Positions 61,055 through 64,000 of a DNA stretch of 64,000 nucleotides are shown here, in pieces. The stretch spans positions 19,372 to 83,371 of the forward strand of contig CAMCOD010000001.1 in assembly GCA_945876435.1 (NCBI GenBank), read 5' to 3'. The notes below the pieces were generated by a model. It saw nothing but the letters and a program-made list of their open reading frames with translations, was not told where the DNA came from and searched no databases. The position numbers and the translations under genes were made by a program. This stretch comes from an uncultured Clostridia bacterium. GTDB lineage: Bacteria > Bacillota > Clostridia > Oscillospirales > Ruminococcaceae. Position 1 is the first letter of the stretch. Each line of letters begins with the position of its first letter.

Positions 61055-62218
61055 ATGTATAATTTTGACAAATTGCTGGACCGTAAAGGCACCGATTGTC
61101 TCAAATGGGACATGGCCGAAAAAGTATACGGTCATGAGGTAATTCCTCTGTGGATCGCTGATATGGACTTCGAGGTTCTCCCTGAACTGCAGGAGGCCAT
61201 GATCAAACGCGCCTCCCATCCTTCCTTTGGCTATACCGCAGCCGCTCCTGCTTACCGGGAAAATATCATTGCGTGGAATAAGAAACGCAACGGTCTGGAG
61301 ATTGCCAAAGAAGATATTCTTCCTGTTCCCGGCGTTGTAACCGCCATTGCTTTCGCTCTGAACGCCCTGACCAAAGAAGGAGACCAGGTTCTGATCAACA
61401 CCCCTGTCTACAATCCCTTCGCTTCCACCATCAAAGGCTCCAAACGTGAGCTGGTAACCTCCTCTTTGAAGCTTGTTGACGGTAAACACGTTATGGATTT
61501 CGCCGACATGGAAGAAAAGATGAAAAACGGCGTTAAAATGATGATTCTCTGCAATCCGCACAACCCAATCGGACGTGTTTGGACCAAAGAGGAACTGAAT
61601 CAGTTGGTCGAACTCTGCGCTAAATACAATGTTTACCTGTTCTCCGATGAAATTCACTCCGATATCGTATACGGCGGCCACAAACACTGCTCCATCCTGA
61701 CCGTTTCTGACAAAGCGAAGGAAATCAGCTTCTGTGCTATGGCTCCAAGCAAAACCTTCAACATTGCCGGTCTGAAATCCTCCATGTTCATTATCCAGAA
61801 CCCGGAGATTCGCGAAAAAGTGTCCGCATTGATCAATGCTTACCATATCGGCATTGACCTGTTTGCTTACAAAGCCACCGAGGTTGTTTACGGCTGCGGC
61901 GAGAAATGGGTGGACGAACTGAACGAATACCTCTATGAAAACGCCAAATTTGTGACCGAATACTGCGAAACCAAGCTGCCAAAGGTTAAGACCTACGTTC
62001 CGGAGGGTACTTACCTGATGTGGCTGGACTTCTCCGCCTACGGTCTGTCTCAGGAAGAACTGATGACCAAGCTGAAGGATGAAGCCAACGTCGGCATGAA
62101 CAGCGGCGCTACCTACGGGGAAGAAGGCGTTGGTTTTGCCCGTCTGAACATCGGCTGCCCAAGATCCATGCTGGAAAAAGCTATGAATCAGATTAAAGAA
62201 GCCTTCGACAAGCTCTAA
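61055..62218 (+). CDS. patB: PLP-dependent MalY/PatB C-S lyase/aminotransferase
   Basis: PLWIADMDF, CNPHNPIGRVW, SDEIHSD, APSKTFNIAGL, EGTYLMWLD, RLNIGCPR. Confidence 0.93.
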   Translation: MYNFDKLLDRKGTDCLKWDMAEKVYGHEVIPLWIADMDFEVLPELQEAMIKRASHPSFGYTAAAPAYRENIIAWNKKRNGLEIAKEDILPVPGVVTAIAFALNALTKEGDQVLINTPVYNPFASTIKGSKRELVTSSLKLVDGKHVMDFADMEEKMKNGVKMMILCNPHNPIGRVWTKEELNQLVELCAKYNVYLFSDEIHSDIVYGGHKHCSILTVSDKAKEISFCAMAPSKTFNIAGLKSSMFIIQNPEIREKVSALINAYHIGIDLFAYKATEVVYGCGEKWVDELNEYLYENAKFVTEYCETKLPKVKTYVPEGTYLMWLDFSAYGLSQEELMTKLKDEANVGMNSGATYGEEGVGFARLNIGCPRSMLEKAMNQIKEAFDKL

Positions 62219-62252
62219 AGCTTAACAATAGTTTTTCCATAAAACAGCCAGA

Positions 62253-62296
62253 AAAAACAAGAACCTCCGCGCTTCCGTGCGGAGGTTCTTGTTTTT
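62253..62296. terminator. bidirectional terminator between patB and typA
   Basis: AAAAACAAGAACCTCCGC...GCGGAGGTTCTTGTTTTT. Confidence 0.85.
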
Positions 62297-62309
62297 ATTG
62301 TACATAAAG

Positions 62310-64000
62310 TTATTTCTTGTTTTTGCTCCACTCTTTCATCCGCTGAGTCTTGTCCAGAATTTTCTTTCTCATGCGAATGTTTTTCGGCGTTACCTCAATC
62401 AGCTCATCCTCTTTGATAAACTCGATGCACTGTTCCAGAGACATATTTTTCGGGGTCACCAGTCGGAGGGCATCGTCACTGCCGGAGGCACGGGTATTGG
62501 TCAGATGCTTTTTCTTGCATACATTGACAACCAAATCCTCGTCTTTTGGGGACTGACCAACGATCATACCCTCGTAAACCGGTACGCCGGAACCAATAAA
62601 CAGTGTGCCGCGCTCCTGAGCATTGAACAAGCCATAGGTAACAGCCTCGCCCTGCTCAAACGCGATCATAGAACCGAAGGAACGGCTTGGGATTTCTCCT
62701 TTGAACGGCTCATAACCGATCAAAACGGAGTTCATTACACCTTCACCCTTCGTATCCGTGAGAAATTCCGAGCGGTAGCCGAACAGACCGCGGGATGGAA
62801 TGGTAAATTCCAGCTTTGTGCGGCCGTTCATTGGATTCATGGACACCAGAACACCCTTTCTGCGGCCCATTTTCTCCATAACAGAGCCGGCTGCAAAGTC
62901 CGGAACGTCGATGACCAGCGCTTCCATTGGCTCAACTTTCACACCGTTTTCTTCTTTCATCAGAACCTGCGGACGGCTTACCTGGAACTCATAACCCTCT
63001 CGACGCATGGTTTCGATGAGGATGGACAGGTGCATTTCGCCACGGCCCGCTACCCGGAAGGAGTCGGCGGAATCTGTTTCTGTCACGCGCAGGGAAACAT
63101 CTTTCAGGGTCTCCTTCATCAGACGGTCCCGCAGGTGACGGGAAGTAAGGAACTTGCCTTCCCGTCCCGCAAAGGGGCTGTCGTTGACAGAGAAGGTCAT
63201 TTCTATGGTTGGTTCGGAAATTTTAACAAAAGGAAGCGGCTCGATGGCATCCGGGCTGCAGAGGGTCTCACCGATGGTTACATCCTCCAAGCCGGAGATG
63301 CAAACGATGTCACCCATCCTGCCCTCCTGCGCCGGTACACGGACCAAACCTTCGATCTGATACAAAGAAACAATTTTTCCTCTGTACTGGGTTTCCGGAT
63401 GATCGTATTTGCAGACAACGATAGGATCATTCACATGAACCACACCGCGGCTGATCTGTCCGATAGCGATACGGCCCACATACTCGTTATAGTCGATGGA
63501 AGAAACCAGGTACTGGAACGGTCCGTCAAGATCCCCTTCCGGTGCAGGAACCTCAGACAGGATGGTATCAAACAGAGGATTCAGGTTTTCTCCTTTTACA
63601 CCCGGCTCAAAGGATGCGGTACCCTCTTTACCGGAGCAGTACAGAATTTTGGATTCCAACTGTTCCTCCGTAGCGTCCAAATCAAACAGCAGATCATAAA
63701 CTTCTTCCCGAACTTCTTCGTTTCTGGCATCGGGACGATCGGTTTTATTCACAACAATGATAACCTTATGACCCAGCTCCAGCGCTTTCTGCAAAACAAA
63801 ACGGGTCTGCGGCATTGGACCTTCAAAGGAGTCCACCAGCAGGATAACGCCGTTTACCATTTTCAGAATACGCTCAACCTCGCCGCCGAAGTCCGCATGT
63901 CCGGGGGTATCAATAATATTAATTTTTACGCCTTTGTACGTAATGGCGGTATTTTTCGCCAGAATCGTGATACCACGCTCTTTTTCCAGGTCGCCGGAGT
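62310..64000 (-). CDS. typA: translational GTPase TypA/BipA, 5' end beyond the window
   Basis: Reading in from the window edge: [59 protein letters not shown]. Confidence 0.97.
   Translation of the reverse strand, partial: SGDLEKERGITILAKNTAITYKGVKINIIDTPGHADFGGEVERILKMVNGVILLVDSFEGPMPQTRFVLQKALELGHKVIIVVNKTDRPDARNEEVREEVYDLLFDLDATEEQLESKILYCSGKEGTASFEPGVKGENLNPLFDTILSEVPAPEGDLDGPFQYLVSSIDYNEYVGRIAIGQISRGVVHVNDPIVVCKYDHPETQYRGKIVSLYQIEGLVRVPAQEGRMGDIVCISGLEDVTIGETLCSPDAIEPLPFVKISEPTIEMTFSVNDSPFAGREGKFLTSRHLRDRLMKETLKDVSLRVTETDSADSFRVAGRGEMHLSILIETMRREGYEFQVSRPQVLMKEENGVKVEPMEALVIDVPDFAAGSVMEKMGRRKGVLVSMNPMNGRTKLEFTIPSRGLFGYRSEFLTDTKGEGVMNSVLIGYEPFKGEIPSRSFGSMIAFEQGEAVTYGLFNAQERGTLFIGSGVPVYEGMIVGQSPKDEDLVVNVCKKKHLTNTRASGSDDALRLVTPKNMSLEQCIEFIKEDELIEVTPKNIRMRKKILDKTQRMKEWSKNKK

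Overview
Core chromosomal region (~50% GC) of a spore-forming Clostridia-class firmicute; the Oscillospiraceae/Ruminococcaceae-like placement is inferred from gene content and style. About 50 protein genes: MBOAT (partial), dnaG-rpoD-Rrf2, yigZ, rpmE, yitT, comM, pgm, corA, murA-MBL hydrolase-rlmH, prs, a YtrA-type GntR/ABC operon, patatin, an EF-G paralog, SASP, thioredoxin, RelQ-type synthetase, an ATP-grasp/esterase pair, HAD-AlaX-Rsm22, secA, nrdD-nrdG, xth, hflX, glpK, spoVAC-D-E, alr, copA-csoR, patB and typA (partial). There are two tRNAs (Gln-CTG, Pro-CGG). I found no rRNA, CRISPR array, integrase or transposase. Three signals stand out, and none is in the supplied ORF track. (1) The corA 5' leader holds a 22-codon uORF (MNPDPY..., resembling enterobacterial MgtL MEPDPT...). 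Its Pro-Asp-Pro codons form one arm of a set of mutually exclusive helices that gate the corA Shine-Dalgarno, which suggests ribosome-stalling Mg2+ attenuation without an M-box. (2) A stand-alone 21-aa four-cysteine peptide gene has its own promoter, RBS and terminator and lies in a cluster of probable sporulation genes beside tRNA-Pro. (3) An AT-richer SatA/Sat4-like acetyltransferase cassette is bracketed by imperfect inverted repeats and sits next to a hairpin array ending in a MOBQ-nic-like motif, a possible orphan oriT. All protein assignments come from motif recognition; no database searches were run.
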